From: Candidatus Omnitrophota bacterium | GTDB lineage: Bacteria; Omnitrophota; Gorgyraeia; Duberdicusellales; 4484-171 | Direction: 5' to 3' | Assembly (NCBI GenBank): GCA_023135905.1 | Contig: JAGLSE010000003.1 | Span: 1 to 49,344, forward strand | DNA: 49,344 bases | Shown: positions 10,342 through 20,467 of the stretch, piece by piece | How the letters are laid out: each line of letters begins with the position of its first letter | Numbering within the stretch: position 1 is the first letter of the stretch | The notes under the pieces: model-generated | Seen by the model: only the letters and a program-made list of their open reading frames with translations | Databases searched by the model: none | What the model was told of the DNA's origin: nothing | Translations under genes and position numbers: made by a program

Positions 10342-11873
10342 AAATTTTATTAACAGAGCCAATTTCAAATTTTATTCCTGTTAGATTAGGGTTTTATTGT
10401 CCGCATAACGGTATTCTTTCAATTGCAAGTTTTCTTGAGAAATGGGGTTATGATGTGAAAGTCGTTGAACCTTGGATTTTTCGTTTTAATATGAATAAAC
10501 TAGTCAATTATATAAAATGTGAAAGTCCGGATGTAGTAGGTATAACAAGTACGACCTGTACTGCTTATCATGCCATGGTTTTAGCTAAGCTTGTAAAGGA
10601 GATTTCTCCAAAAACAATTGTTATAGTTGGGGGACATCATTTCTCGTTTGCATATTTGGAGAGTTTGGAAATATGTGAAGATATTGATTATATAATAATA
10701 GGAGAAGGCGAACATTCTTTTTTAGATTTAGTAAATTCTTTGAAAAGTGGGAAAAGAAAAATAGACATGAAAGACATACCGGGCTTAGCTTTTAAATTAG
10801 AAAAAAAAATTATTAAAACTCCTCCGCGTCTGTGTATTGAGGATTTAGATGAAATGCCTTTACCTGCTTACCATTTTTTGTTTTTTAAAGATAAAGTTAA
10901 AGCTCCCTTGGCTAGGGGGGGAACAATCGGTTGTGTGTTTTCAAGAGGATGTTCTAATAAATGTACATTTTGTTCAGAATCCTTATTGTGGCAATATAAA
11001 AACAGGTGCAGGGGAGCAGAAAATATTTTAGAAGAAATAAGGCTCTTGGTTGGAAGATATAAAATTTTTGAATTTACGTTTGAAGACGCGGATTTCTTAT
11101 GTAATAGAGAAAGAAATTTAAGATTTTTAGAACTATTAGGCAAGGAACATTTTCGAATTAAATTTAGATTTGCGACGAGAGTAGATATATTGATAGAAAA
11201 TCGAGATATTCTTTACGATTTTCGAAAATTAGGGCTAATCTCCGTGGTTGTAGGCATAGAGAGTTTTTCTCAAAAATGTTTAGATAAATGGGATAAAAAG
11301 ACTCAAGTAGAGCAAATATTTTTAGCTGCCAAATATATCAAAAAGGCTAAAATTCCTGTGTTTGAGGGGTTGACTATTATTGGTTCTTATAATGAGAGTA
11401 AAGAAAATATAAATAAGATATTGATGAAAGCTGAGAAGGTAAAAGTCAATACTCTTTGGTCAACAATATTGACGCCATTTCCTGGAACGCCTTTATATAA
11501 AACAGGAATAAAAGAGAAGACTATTAAAATTTATGATTATCGTAAATATAATATGTATAACGCGGTAATGGAACTTTATAAAATATCTTTAAATAAAATT
11601 GAGATTTACAATATATTAATACATATGAAATGGTTTTATAACCCTGTGAGATGGGCAAAAAGTTTATTTAATCCGCAATGGCGAAAGTTTCAATTTTTTC
11701 AGCTATTTTTCGATTTTAAAATTATTGTGCGAATTTTGTTCTTTGTAGGAGATAAGGCTAATAAAAGAAGTGGTAGATACCAGAGTTTAATAAGATATTT
11801 CCACTATAGACACCTTAACTTTTTAAATAAGAGTAATAAGTCTTTTCGAAGTATTAAAGTTTGGAGAGATTAA
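10338..11873 (+). CDS. Cobalamin-dependent radical SAM protein (BchE-like architecture)
   Basis: GGHHFS, GEGE, SRGCSNKCTFC, GIES, TPFPGT. Confidence 0.92.
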   Translation: MKILLTEPISNFIPVRLGFYCPHNGILSIASFLEKWGYDVKVVEPWIFRFNMNKLVNYIKCESPDVVGITSTTCTAYHAMVLAKLVKEISPKTIVIVGGHHFSFAYLESLEICEDIDYIIIGEGEHSFLDLVNSLKSGKRKIDMKDIPGLAFKLEKKIIKTPPRLCIEDLDEMPLPAYHFLFFKDKVKAPLARGGTIGCVFSRGCSNKCTFCSESLLWQYKNRCRGAENILEEIRLLVGRYKIFEFTFEDADFLCNRERNLRFLELLGKEHFRIKFRFATRVDILIENRDILYDFRKLGLISVVVGIESFSQKCLDKWDKKTQVEQIFLAAKYIKKAKIPVFEGLTIIGSYNESKENINKILMKAEKVKVNTLWSTILTPFPGTPLYKTGIKEKTIKIYDYRKYNMYNAVMELYKISLNKIEIYNILIHMKWFYNPVRWAKSLFNPQWRKFQFFQLFFDFKIIVRILFFVGDKANKRSGRYQSLIRYFHYRHLNFLNKSNKSFRSIKVWRD

Positions 11874-11879
11874 TTTATA

Positions 11880-13439
11880 ATGATGAAAGTTGTTTTTGTA
11901 GAACCTCCAGCCAATTTTATTCCTGTTCGTCATGGTGTTTATTTTCCGAATAATGGAGTATTATCTCTCGCAGCATATTTAGAGAGTTTTAGATTTGATG
12001 TGAGTATCATTGATTCTTATGTAAACAGGTTTAATTATAAAGATGTGCTTAAAGAAATATCCAAACTAAAACCCAATATAGTGGCTATTAGCAATTCTTT
12101 TACTTTTAAGACATATTATTGCATGGCTATGGCAAAATTGATAAAAGAATATTTCCCTGAGATTATAATTATTGCTGGAGGTATACATTTTTCAGCTGTA
12201 CCGGAAGAAAGTCTTAGGATATGTGATAGTATTGATTATATTATAATGGGAGAGGGAGAAAAGACTATTTTGGAGTTGGTGCAAAAGATATCGAATCGCG
12301 AAAATAAAAATGATTTTTCTGGAGTAAGGGGATTGGCATACATTCTTGATGGTAAATTTATTAAAACTATCCCTAGGCCATTAATTGAAGATATAGATTC
12401 TTTGCCAATTCCCGCATATCATCTTCTGCCTTTGAAGGCTAAAAGAATTCCTTTTTCTTGGCAAAATAGTATAGGGTGTACTTTTTCCCGAGGATGTTTT
12501 TATAAGTGTAAATTTTGTTCTTCAACAACACATTGGAGATATACTTTAAGACGGAGAGGACTTGATAAAATGTTTGAGGAGTTAGAGTTGTTGAATCAAT
12601 GTTACGGTAAAAATTCATTTGTTTTTGGAGATGATGATTTTTTGTACGATAAAGAAAGGAATTCGAATTTTTTAAATGAGATAGAAAAGAGAAAATTGAA
12701 AATAAAATATTCTGTGAGAACAAGAGTTGATGAAATAATAGAGAATAGACAGTTATTGAAAAAGTTTAGAGATACTGGGCTAATTTCGGTTTCTCTGGGG
12801 ATTGAGCGATTTTCAGATAACAATATGAAATTATTATCCAAAAGTTATGATCGTAATTGTGTAGGTGAAGCATTAGAAATGATTAAGCGCGTAAAAATAC
12901 CTATAACCGAGATTTATTTGATTTTTGGTCTACCGAATGATAATCGTTCTGTTTGGATGAATATGATAAGGGAAATAAATAATATGAAACAATTTGTATT
13001 TTTTGTTTCATATCTAACACCGTTACCAGGTACTGTTTTGTCTAAAGAGTTATTTTCTAAAATAAATGTTTGGGATTATAGAAAATATGATTTTATGCAT
13101 CCTATAATAGCAAACAATTACTCATCTTTGGATGAAATGAAAAAATACATTTGGAAGACATCATTCTTTTGGTGGTTTAATCCAAAGATCTTATTATGGA
13201 GTATACAGAACCTATATAATTTTAAATTCTACTTATTTAGACTACTAATGCATTTTAGAGCTGTGAACAATTTTTTTAAATTTTTAATTAAAAGTATTTT
13301 TTTTAAAAAAATAAATGCTTATAGCTCAAATATAGAATTGATTTATAAGAGGCATACGAAATATATTGGACAATCCCATCATATCCAGGTGAATAAGCGG
13401 GGCGGTTTATTGGGTACAAGTTGGGGTTTTATGAAATAA
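11880..13439 (+). CDS. Cobalamin-dependent radical SAM protein, tandem paralog of 10338
   Basis: GGIHFS, GEGE, SRGCFYKCKFC, DDDF, TPLPGT. Confidence 0.92.
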   Translation: MMKVVFVEPPANFIPVRHGVYFPNNGVLSLAAYLESFRFDVSIIDSYVNRFNYKDVLKEISKLKPNIVAISNSFTFKTYYCMAMAKLIKEYFPEIIIIAGGIHFSAVPEESLRICDSIDYIIMGEGEKTILELVQKISNRENKNDFSGVRGLAYILDGKFIKTIPRPLIEDIDSLPIPAYHLLPLKAKRIPFSWQNSIGCTFSRGCFYKCKFCSSTTHWRYTLRRRGLDKMFEELELLNQCYGKNSFVFGDDDFLYDKERNSNFLNEIEKRKLKIKYSVRTRVDEIIENRQLLKKFRDTGLISVSLGIERFSDNNMKLLSKSYDRNCVGEALEMIKRVKIPITEIYLIFGLPNDNRSVWMNMIREINNMKQFVFFVSYLTPLPGTVLSKELFSKINVWDYRKYDFMHPIIANNYSSLDEMKKYIWKTSFFWWFNPKILLWSIQNLYNFKFYLFRLLMHFRAVNNFFKFLIKSIFFKKINAYSSNIELIYKRHTKYIGQSHHIQVNKRGGLLGTSWGFMK

Positions 13440-13453
13440 TATTTTTATAAAAA

Positions 13454-15028
13454 ATGGAAGAAGATAAATCAAAAAAAAATTTAGTTCTTATTTTTTTTAT
13501 AGGCGTTATTTTAAGACTATATAAATTAGGCGAACATAACCTTTGGCATGATGAAGCGTTTATGGTCTTTTTATGCCAGTATCCGTTTAAAGTGGTATCT
13601 AATATAATCCTGCAAGGGCCGCTACATATGCTGATGGTAAAGTATTTTATTCATATGACTAATGCAAATGAGTTTTTTTTAAGGCTACCTGCTATGTTTT
13701 TTGGCTGTATCTCTATCCCTTTATTATATTTTTTTGTTAAATTATTGTTTAACAAAAAAATTGCTATTATAGCGTCGTTTCTTTTGGCTGTTTCTCCTTT
13801 TCATATTTGGTATTCTCAAGAATTAGCTCGATATTCTCAGGCTATGTTTTTTGGGCTTTGGGCGAATTATCTTTTTGTAAGATTTTTAAAAGATGATAAA
13901 CGATGGATATGGTTGTTACTAATTATTGTTCAAACTTTATCGTTTTATACGAGTTATATTTTATTTTTAGCTTTAGCACCCCAATTAATCATAGTATTGA
14001 TGCCAGCATATAGAAAAAAAATAAAAATTTGGATGTTATCTACAGTTATAGCTTTGTTTTTATTTTGCCCCCTTGCGAAAATTTTTTATACTCATTTTAA
14101 TAGCGTAAATGATAAGTTTTGGATACCTAATATCAGTTTTTTTGATATATATATATTATTCTGTAATTTTAATCTTGGTTATACAGTTAGTCCGAATGTT
14201 TTTTTAATATGTATAGTTTTATTATTAGGTCTTATAGTTTCGGGTTTGAAATCCAGCATTATTAATTATAAAAGAGCAATTCTTATTGTTGGTATTTTTT
14301 TTATCATACCTTTGGGCGCGCTTTTGATAATCTCATTATCTACTCCTATATTTATATCACGGATTGCTATACCTTTTTATCCTTATTATTTGGTTTTTTT
14401 AAGCTTAGGTATTGAAAGTTATAGGAGAATAAATTTACAAAAGGGCATTATTTTTTTTTTAATTTTACTTAATACCTTTTCCTTAGTAAATTATTTTAAT
14501 TATAAGATTCCGTCTGAAAAAGAATATCATATAGGTGTTTTTGAAAGAATACCTATTCAACCGGTTGTAGATTATTTGAAAAATAGGGTTCAAGATGACG
14601 ACATAATAGCTTTTTCTAATAGCTCTTATGATTTCCCCTTTTATTATTATTGGGGTGAAGGGTATAAAAGTTTTTATTTTATATTTCCTGAGGTTCAAGA
14701 TATTTATTATAGGGGAATATTCTATAAAAACAAAAAGGTTAGAAAATCTTATAGGACTGATTTGTTGAGTTTGAGTAATTATAAAAAAGACCCCGTATTT
14801 TATGATAATTATGGGTATAGAGGTTCTTATTATATTGATTTAACGGGGAAGAGATTTTTAAAATTTAATAGAATCTGGCTTGTTTCGGGTGGATGGGAAA
14901 AAAATTATAAATTGGATCATAATTCACAAGCCGTTATTGATTGGATGAGAGCTAATTATTTGCTTGTTTCTGAAAAGTGGATAAATGGGGTTTTAGTTGG
15001 CCATTATTCTAAGCCCGAGATAAAGTAA
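13454..15028 (+). CDS. GT-C membrane glycosyltransferase (ArnT/PMT_2, GT39/83-like)
   Basis: LRLYKLG..LWHDEA, LRLPA, SPFHIWYSQELARY; many transmembrane segments plus a periplasmic C-terminal domain. Confidence 0.88.
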   Translation: MEEDKSKKNLVLIFFIGVILRLYKLGEHNLWHDEAFMVFLCQYPFKVVSNIILQGPLHMLMVKYFIHMTNANEFFLRLPAMFFGCISIPLLYFFVKLLFNKKIAIIASFLLAVSPFHIWYSQELARYSQAMFFGLWANYLFVRFLKDDKRWIWLLLIIVQTLSFYTSYILFLALAPQLIIVLMPAYRKKIKIWMLSTVIALFLFCPLAKIFYTHFNSVNDKFWIPNISFFDIYILFCNFNLGYTVSPNVFLICIVLLLGLIVSGLKSSIINYKRAILIVGIFFIIPLGALLIISLSTPIFISRIAIPFYPYYLVFLSLGIESYRRINLQKGIIFFLILLNTFSLVNYFNYKIPSEKEYHIGVFERIPIQPVVDYLKNRVQDDDIIAFSNSSYDFPFYYYWGEGYKSFYFIFPEVQDIYYRGIFYKNKKVRKSYRTDLLSLSNYKKDPVFYDNYGYRGSYYIDLTGKRFLKFNRIWLVSGGWEKNYKLDHNSQAVIDWMRANYLLVSEKWINGVLVGHYSKPEIK

Positions 15029-15350
15029 CTGAATTAATAAACGCAGGGTTTTTCCCAACTTTGACACTTTATTGTGAAAATCTATTGAAAACAAAAGAAA
15101 TTTAAAATTTCCCAGGCACTACATTTTTTAAATAATATATGGAGTTAATCTTTGCTTAATATTCATTAATCTGTAAATCTTTTTTACTTTTATTGTTATT
15201 CGTGAAGGTGAATTGTAACGTATTTTACGTTTTTTATCAAAAGGCACTGTTGCTAAATTAATTAAAAAGTAAGTCAAGAAAAAATATTTGTTATTTGATT
15301 GCGTATCCCGGTAACTTTTACCAGTGATTCCGTAGCTTGCCACGGGGTAA

Positions 15351-15598
15351 TTGATCTATCATTTATTTTGTTAATTGTAAAATTCATGTTCAATTTACAC
15401 GCTCACGCGCTTACAAAAAAATGATAATGCTCATGTTGAACAGAAAAACTGGACTACTGTTCTGTCTTGCTATACAATATCTACAGAATGAAGAATATCT
15501 TAATCGTAAAATTTATTTTTACTGATTTTTCCTTCAGTAATACTGTTTGTGATTTAATGAAACACCCTCTTGGTAAAATTTATTTATGATTCAATTGG
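15351..15598 (+). pseudogene. Fragment of an integrase-core (rve, ISNCY-type) transposase with possible right end
   Basis: HVQFTRSRAYKK, then a frameshift in the A7 run at 15415-15421, then DNAHVEQKNWTTV. This matches the FTRSRPYKKNDNAHVEQKN motif. GTAAAATTTATTT is repeated at 15506 and 15573, like sub-terminal repeats. Confidence 0.7.
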
Positions 15599-15675
15599 AC
15601 AATAGGGGTAAATAGTAATTATATTTTACTAAAAATCAAAATTATATTAATCAGATTTTAATATTAGATTTACTT

Positions 15676-16410
15676 ATGGAATCGTCAAAAGAATATAAAT
15701 TATCAATAATTATTCCAGTATTTAATGAGGAAGAGTGTATAGACAGTCTTTTGGCAGAACTGAAAGTTATTTTAACCAAATATAAAATACTTTATGAGAT
15801 AGTTATTGTAAACGATGATTCTACCGATTCTACATTGCTGATAGTTAAAAAGCATGTTGATCAAGATAGTAAAATATTTCTGATTAATAATCCTGAGAGG
15901 CGTGGTTTGGGTCGATGTTTGAGATTTGGATTTGAGAATAGTATCGGTGATATCATTGTTGTTGTAATGGGTGATCATGCTGATAATATTAATGATATAC
16001 CAGCAATGCTTAATAAGATAATTCATGATGGTTTTGATTTTGTTTGTGCTTCTCGATATATGAAAGATGGAGAAGCACAACAGAATAATTTTTTAAAGGG
16101 TAGGATTTCTAAATTATTGGGTAGGATAACTAATTTTATATTGAAAGTACCTACTTTAGATTCAACGAATGCTTATAAAATGTTTCGACGCGAATTATTA
16201 AATAACATTGGACCTTTAAAATCTAAATATTATACCCTTGGATTCGAATTAGTAATTAAATCTTATTTAAAGGGTTTTAAAATAACAGAAATCGCTACTA
16301 TTTGGAAGGAAAGGACTTTAGGTAATTCTCATTTTAAATGTTTGAGAGAAGGAATGGAATATTTGCAGTGGTTTTTAATTCTCATGTCGAAGTATAAAAA
16401 TAAAAAATAG
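15676..16410 (+). CDS. GT2 polyprenol-phosphate glycosyltransferase (DPM1-like)
   Basis: SIIIPVFNEE, VNDDSTDST, MGDHAD, ASRYMKDG, DSTNAYKMFRR, ER..G.S. Confidence 0.9.
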   Translation: MESSKEYKLSIIIPVFNEEECIDSLLAELKVILTKYKILYEIVIVNDDSTDSTLLIVKKHVDQDSKIFLINNPERRGLGRCLRFGFENSIGDIIVVVMGDHADNINDIPAMLNKIIHDGFDFVCASRYMKDGEAQQNNFLKGRISKLLGRITNFILKVPTLDSTNAYKMFRRELLNNIGPLKSKYYTLGFELVIKSYLKGFKITEIATIWKERTLGNSHFKCLREGMEYLQWFLILMSKYKNKK

Positions 16411-16750
16411 TTATAAGTATTTAAAAATAGTCTTTTTTGATTTATATTTAATTTAATGTTAAAGGGAAATAAAATTTATAATATTAATTGATTTTGGAGC
16501 AGGTATTTTTCCGATAAAGGAGGGGGGTGAAATGAACATGATGGCTTTAACCTAAGGGTTTAAAACTTTTTCATTTGAGAAAGTATTGATATGAAGTGAT
16601 GAAAAGATAAATTTTTTTTTAGATAAACTTTAAATTCCTTGTTAGTTAAGTTCCAAAAAGGGGTTTTTTATAAGAATTGGTCATTTAGGAATTCAAAAAA
16701 GTTTAATAAAATAAGGCTTTTTATAAGGGCGTCTTTGGCAATTTGATTTA

Positions 16751-16779
16751 TTGACACTAAACAATTTAAAGGATATATT
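16751..16779 (+). promoter_or_regulatory. sigma70-type promoter for the 16.8-30 kb block
   Basis: TTGACA (16751-16756), 17 nt, TATATT (16774-16779), about 50 nt upstream of the first gene. Confidence 0.6.
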
Positions 16780-16828
16780 AATAATTTAAAATCAATATAT
16801 TGAAATAAATAATTTTTTTTAGTAAAAA

Positions 16829-18151
16829 TTGGCTATTATGAATAATAAATCTATTGTTATTGTTGGAGCAGGCATTAGTGGCCTAACTATAGGTTATGAG
16901 TTAGTTAAGAAAGGGTTTAAAGTAGTTGTTGTTGAGAAAGAAAATACGGTAGGCGGTCTTGCAAAAAGCTTTAAGTATGATAGTTGTACTTTTGATATTG
17001 GCCCTCATCGTTTTTTTACCAGTGTATCTTGGATTACAAGATTTATTAAAAGAATTTTAAGAGATGATATAGTTACTATCCCTCGTGATAGTAAAGTGTA
17101 CTTCAAAGGAAAATATCATCAATGGCCGTTACGTCCGAATATTTTTTTCAATCTTCCTTTAAGTTTTCAGGTTAAAACCGTGCGTGATTTGATTTTCAAA
17201 ATTTTTAAAAAAAATAAAAATGCCAGTAATTTTCAAGAGGGCGTATTAAATAATTACGGTCCTACAATATATAAATCTTTTTTTAGAGAGTATACTAAGA
17301 AATTTATGGGAATTTCCCCAAATATGCTGGACGTTGATTGGGCTAATACAGGTATGGCTATGGCAATTATTGATAAACAGCTTCCTCATACCCATCTTTG
17401 GGATTTATTTAGGCTTAGTATTAAGCCTCAATTAAGTCCAACATTATTCTTGTATCCTAAAGGGGGCATTGGTTCGTTTTGTGATAATCTGATGGAAGGT
17501 ATCCGTAAAGAAGGAGGAATTATTCTAACAGGTGAAAACATTAAAAACATTACTTGTAAAAATGAAAAAATACAATCACTTAGTACAAATAATGAAACTT
17601 TAGAGTGTGATAAACTGATATGGACCGGCTCAATTAATGATATTGCCCGGCTACTGAACTTTTCGGAAACCAATTTAAAATATCTTTCTTTGATTTCTTA
17701 TAATATTGTATTAAACAACAGGACTAGAGATTTTTTTCAGTGGTGTTATTTTGGAGAAAAAGATATTATATTTAATAGGGTTACTAATCCCGTCATGTTT
17801 GATGAAAGTTTAGTGCCTAAAAATAAATCTGGTTTATGTGTGGAAGTTACTTGTAAGGAGAATGATGAAGTTTGGAATCATCCCGATAAATTAGTTGACA
17901 GGATAAAACAGGATCTTATAAAAGTTGGTTTGATTGGTAAGCGTGAGGATATTGATTTTACAAATATTGAACGTGTTTTAAATGCTTACCCAATATACGA
18001 TTTAGGATATAGTCATAGACTTCGAAAAGTTAAGAATGATCTTGGTATATATAAAAATCTTATTTTAGCTGGGAGAACCGGGTTGTTTTGGTATAAAAAT
18101 ATGGATGAGTGTATTTCTAACAGTTTTAATATCATAAGGAAATGCTTATAA
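16829..18151 (+). CDS. FAD-dependent oxidoreductase, UDP-galactopyranose mutase/HemY-like
   Basis: GAGISGL, E..VGGLAKS, FDIGPHRF, FLYPKGG, AYPIY, GRTGLFWY.NMD. The start is probably the ATG at 16838. Confidence 0.85.
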   Translation: MAIMNNKSIVIVGAGISGLTIGYELVKKGFKVVVVEKENTVGGLAKSFKYDSCTFDIGPHRFFTSVSWITRFIKRILRDDIVTIPRDSKVYFKGKYHQWPLRPNIFFNLPLSFQVKTVRDLIFKIFKKNKNASNFQEGVLNNYGPTIYKSFFREYTKKFMGISPNMLDVDWANTGMAMAIIDKQLPHTHLWDLFRLSIKPQLSPTLFLYPKGGIGSFCDNLMEGIRKEGGIILTGENIKNITCKNEKIQSLSTNNETLECDKLIWTGSINDIARLLNFSETNLKYLSLISYNIVLNNRTRDFFQWCYFGEKDIIFNRVTNPVMFDESLVPKNKSGLCVEVTCKENDEVWNHPDKLVDRIKQDLIKVGLIGKREDIDFTNIERVLNAYPIYDLGYSHRLRKVKNDLGIYKNLILAGRTGLFWYKNMDECISNSFNIIRKCL

Positions 18152-18189
18152 AAAGTTAAATTTTTATAGCATAAAATTTTTAAAATAGT

Positions 18190-19419
18190 ATGTATATTGT
18201 CCCACGATTTAAACCGAATTTTTCATTTAAAAAAATAGCTAAAGTGTTGATAAAGAGTTTTAGTAATACTTTAAACCCTTATGAAAATCAAAAAAACCGG
18301 CAACTATTGGAAGGAAAATTTGCTGAATATCTTGGTGTAAAAAATGCAATTTGTGTGCCTTCAGCAAGAATGGGATTATTTTTGATTTTGAAGAATTTGG
18401 GCTTATCCAGAAGTAGTGAAGTCATATTGCCAGCATTTACTTATTGGGCTGTCCCCGAAATCGTTAAATTTTTAAAGTATAATCCGATATTTGTAGATAT
18501 TAATTCTCAGAGTTGGGATTTAGATGTTTCGTCTATTGAGGCAAGAGTAACCTCTAAAACCAAGGCTATTATTCCGACCCATTTATATGGTCTGCCTTGT
18601 AATATGGATGAAGTTGTTAGAATAGCTAAAAAATATAATTTAGTTATTATCGGCGATTGTGTGCAAGCTTACGGTTCTGAGTATAAAGGGCAAAAATCCG
18701 CTATTTTAGGAGATGCGGCATATTTTAGTTTTGGAGTTACAAAGAATGTATTCCTTTTAGGCGGTGGGCTGGTAGTTACTGATAAAAATGATCTAGCAGC
18801 AAAGATTCGAAATGAAGTCAATGAATATGATTTTTTAAATAAATCGCAGATATTTAAAAGGGTGTTTGAATCCTTAATTATGAAAACGGTTACTCATCCA
18901 TTTATTTTTCCTTATGGTTTGTTTCCTATTATTTGTTTATTTAATCTGGGGGATTTAGATATTATAGATAAAGTTTATGATGCAAAAAAAAAGTTGGATA
19001 ATAAATTACCAAAAGAGTATTATCGTTTAGTCCCGTATTATTTGCAAATCGAAGCCGGTTTTGAAGAGCTAAAAAAAATAGATTTATTAAATAATAAACG
19101 GATACAACATGCTTCGTATTTTATAGATAATTTAAAAGGAGTCAAAGGGTTAACCCTTCCGTATTTTCCACAAGGAAATATAAAAAATATTTTTACCAGT
19201 TTCCCCCTACAAACTGAAAACAGGAGTTTTTTGAAGAATAAGTTATTAAAAAAAGGGATAGATGTGTCTTATGGCTATATGAAGGCTCATGATGTGAATT
19301 GTCCTAATGCAGTTCGTTTGGAAAAGAATATTTTACATTTACCGGTATACCCGGGGTTAGATAAAAAAGAGGTTAAATATATTTGTGACTCTATTAAGAA
19401 AATATTAAATAATGCTTAG
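18190..19419 (+). CDS. DegT/DnrJ/EryC1/StrS PLP-dependent sugar aminotransferase
   Basis: PSARMGL, EVILPAFT, FVDI, IIPTHLYG, DCVQAYG, FSFGVTK (PLP lysine), LHLPVYP. Confidence 0.9.
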   Translation: MYIVPRFKPNFSFKKIAKVLIKSFSNTLNPYENQKNRQLLEGKFAEYLGVKNAICVPSARMGLFLILKNLGLSRSSEVILPAFTYWAVPEIVKFLKYNPIFVDINSQSWDLDVSSIEARVTSKTKAIIPTHLYGLPCNMDEVVRIAKKYNLVIIGDCVQAYGSEYKGQKSAILGDAAYFSFGVTKNVFLLGGGLVVTDKNDLAAKIRNEVNEYDFLNKSQIFKRVFESLIMKTVTHPFIFPYGLFPIICLFNLGDLDIIDKVYDAKKKLDNKLPKEYYRLVPYYLQIEAGFEELKKIDLLNNKRIQHASYFIDNLKGVKGLTLPYFPQGNIKNIFTSFPLQTENRSFLKNKLLKKGIDVSYGYMKAHDVNCPNAVRLEKNILHLPVYPGLDKKEVKYICDSIKKILNNA

Positions 19420-20431
19420 AATGAGGTTAAAGAATTTATTTAAAATGGGATTAGGTGCGGTAGAAGGTAATGTTTTGCGACAGCGCATACCTTTAAACGT
19501 TATGCTTTCTGTTACGAATAGGTGCATATCAAAATGCAATTATTGTAATATACCTAATCGTAAACAGAAAGAATTGTCTACTAAAGAAATTTTCAATTTA
19601 ATTGACGAAATAACTAAAATGGGAGCACAAAGAATTGGTTTATGGGGTGGGGAACCGCTGATTAGAGAGGATATTGGTGATATTATTGATTATGCGAAAG
19701 GTAAAGGCTTATTTGTTACTTTAGATTCAAATGGATATTTGCTTGAATCTAAAATGTTTAGACTAAACCAATTAGATCATTTGATTTTAAGTTTAGATGG
19801 CCCAGAGAAGATGCATGATAGTAATCGAGGTGAGGGTGGTTTTGTAAATGTGATGAATGCTATTAAATTTATAAAAGGAAAGATTAATTTTTGGACAGTC
19901 ACAGTACTTACAAAAAATAATTTAGAAGGAATAAATTTTGTTTTGGAAACAGCTAGTAAATATGGGTTTTTGGCATCTTTTCAAATTCTTCATCACAATG
20001 AAATAATGGGTAGAAATTTAGATTCTTTAAAACCTCAAGATGAATTATACAAAAAGACGATAAAAAAGCTTATTTTTAAAAAGAAAAATGGGGCACCGAT
20101 ATCTTCTTCATTTAGTTATTTATATCATCTTTTGAATTGGCAGGATTATGGAAAAACAACGCTCGATTGTAAAGTAGATAACCTTAAATGTTGGGCGGGA
20201 GATTTGTTTTGTAATGTAGACACTGATGGTTCTGTTTATCCGTGCTCACTTATGGTTGGCAAAAGTAAAGCTTTGAATTATTTGGATGTAGGATTTAAAA
20301 AGGCCTTTAACCATTGCACAAAAGATTCATGTCAAGCTTGTGTAGCCGCATGTTTTACGGAATACAATTATTTATATTCATTTAATATTAAGACTATAAA
20401 GGAATGGATAAAAGCTATGTATTGGAGTTAA
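19412..20431 (+). CDS. Radical SAM protein with twitch-like C-terminus, paralog of 1191
   Basis: CISKCNYC, WGGEPLIRED, SLDG, CWAG..VDTDGSVYPC, CQACVAAC. Confidence 0.9.
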   Translation: MLRMRLKNLFKMGLGAVEGNVLRQRIPLNVMLSVTNRCISKCNYCNIPNRKQKELSTKEIFNLIDEITKMGAQRIGLWGGEPLIREDIGDIIDYAKGKGLFVTLDSNGYLLESKMFRLNQLDHLILSLDGPEKMHDSNRGEGGFVNVMNAIKFIKGKINFWTVTVLTKNNLEGINFVLETASKYGFLASFQILHHNEIMGRNLDSLKPQDELYKKTIKKLIFKKKNGAPISSSFSYLYHLLNWQDYGKTTLDCKVDNLKCWAGDLFCNVDTDGSVYPCSLMVGKSKALNYLDVGFKKAFNHCTKDSCQACVAACFTEYNYLYSFNIKTIKEWIKAMYWS

Positions 20432-20467
20432 TTTAATTTTTGGGAATACATAGTCTATCATTTATCT

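Noticed and set aside
9652-14460. A11 (9652-9662) and T10 (14451-14460) homopolymers as phase-variation sites
   Set aside because: Such runs are expected in DNA this AT-rich, and both genes are in frame.
15128-15343. 71-aa minus-strand ORF in the intergenic gap
   Set aside because: GTG start inside a hairpin, no SD, no motifs, and it lies within IS debris.
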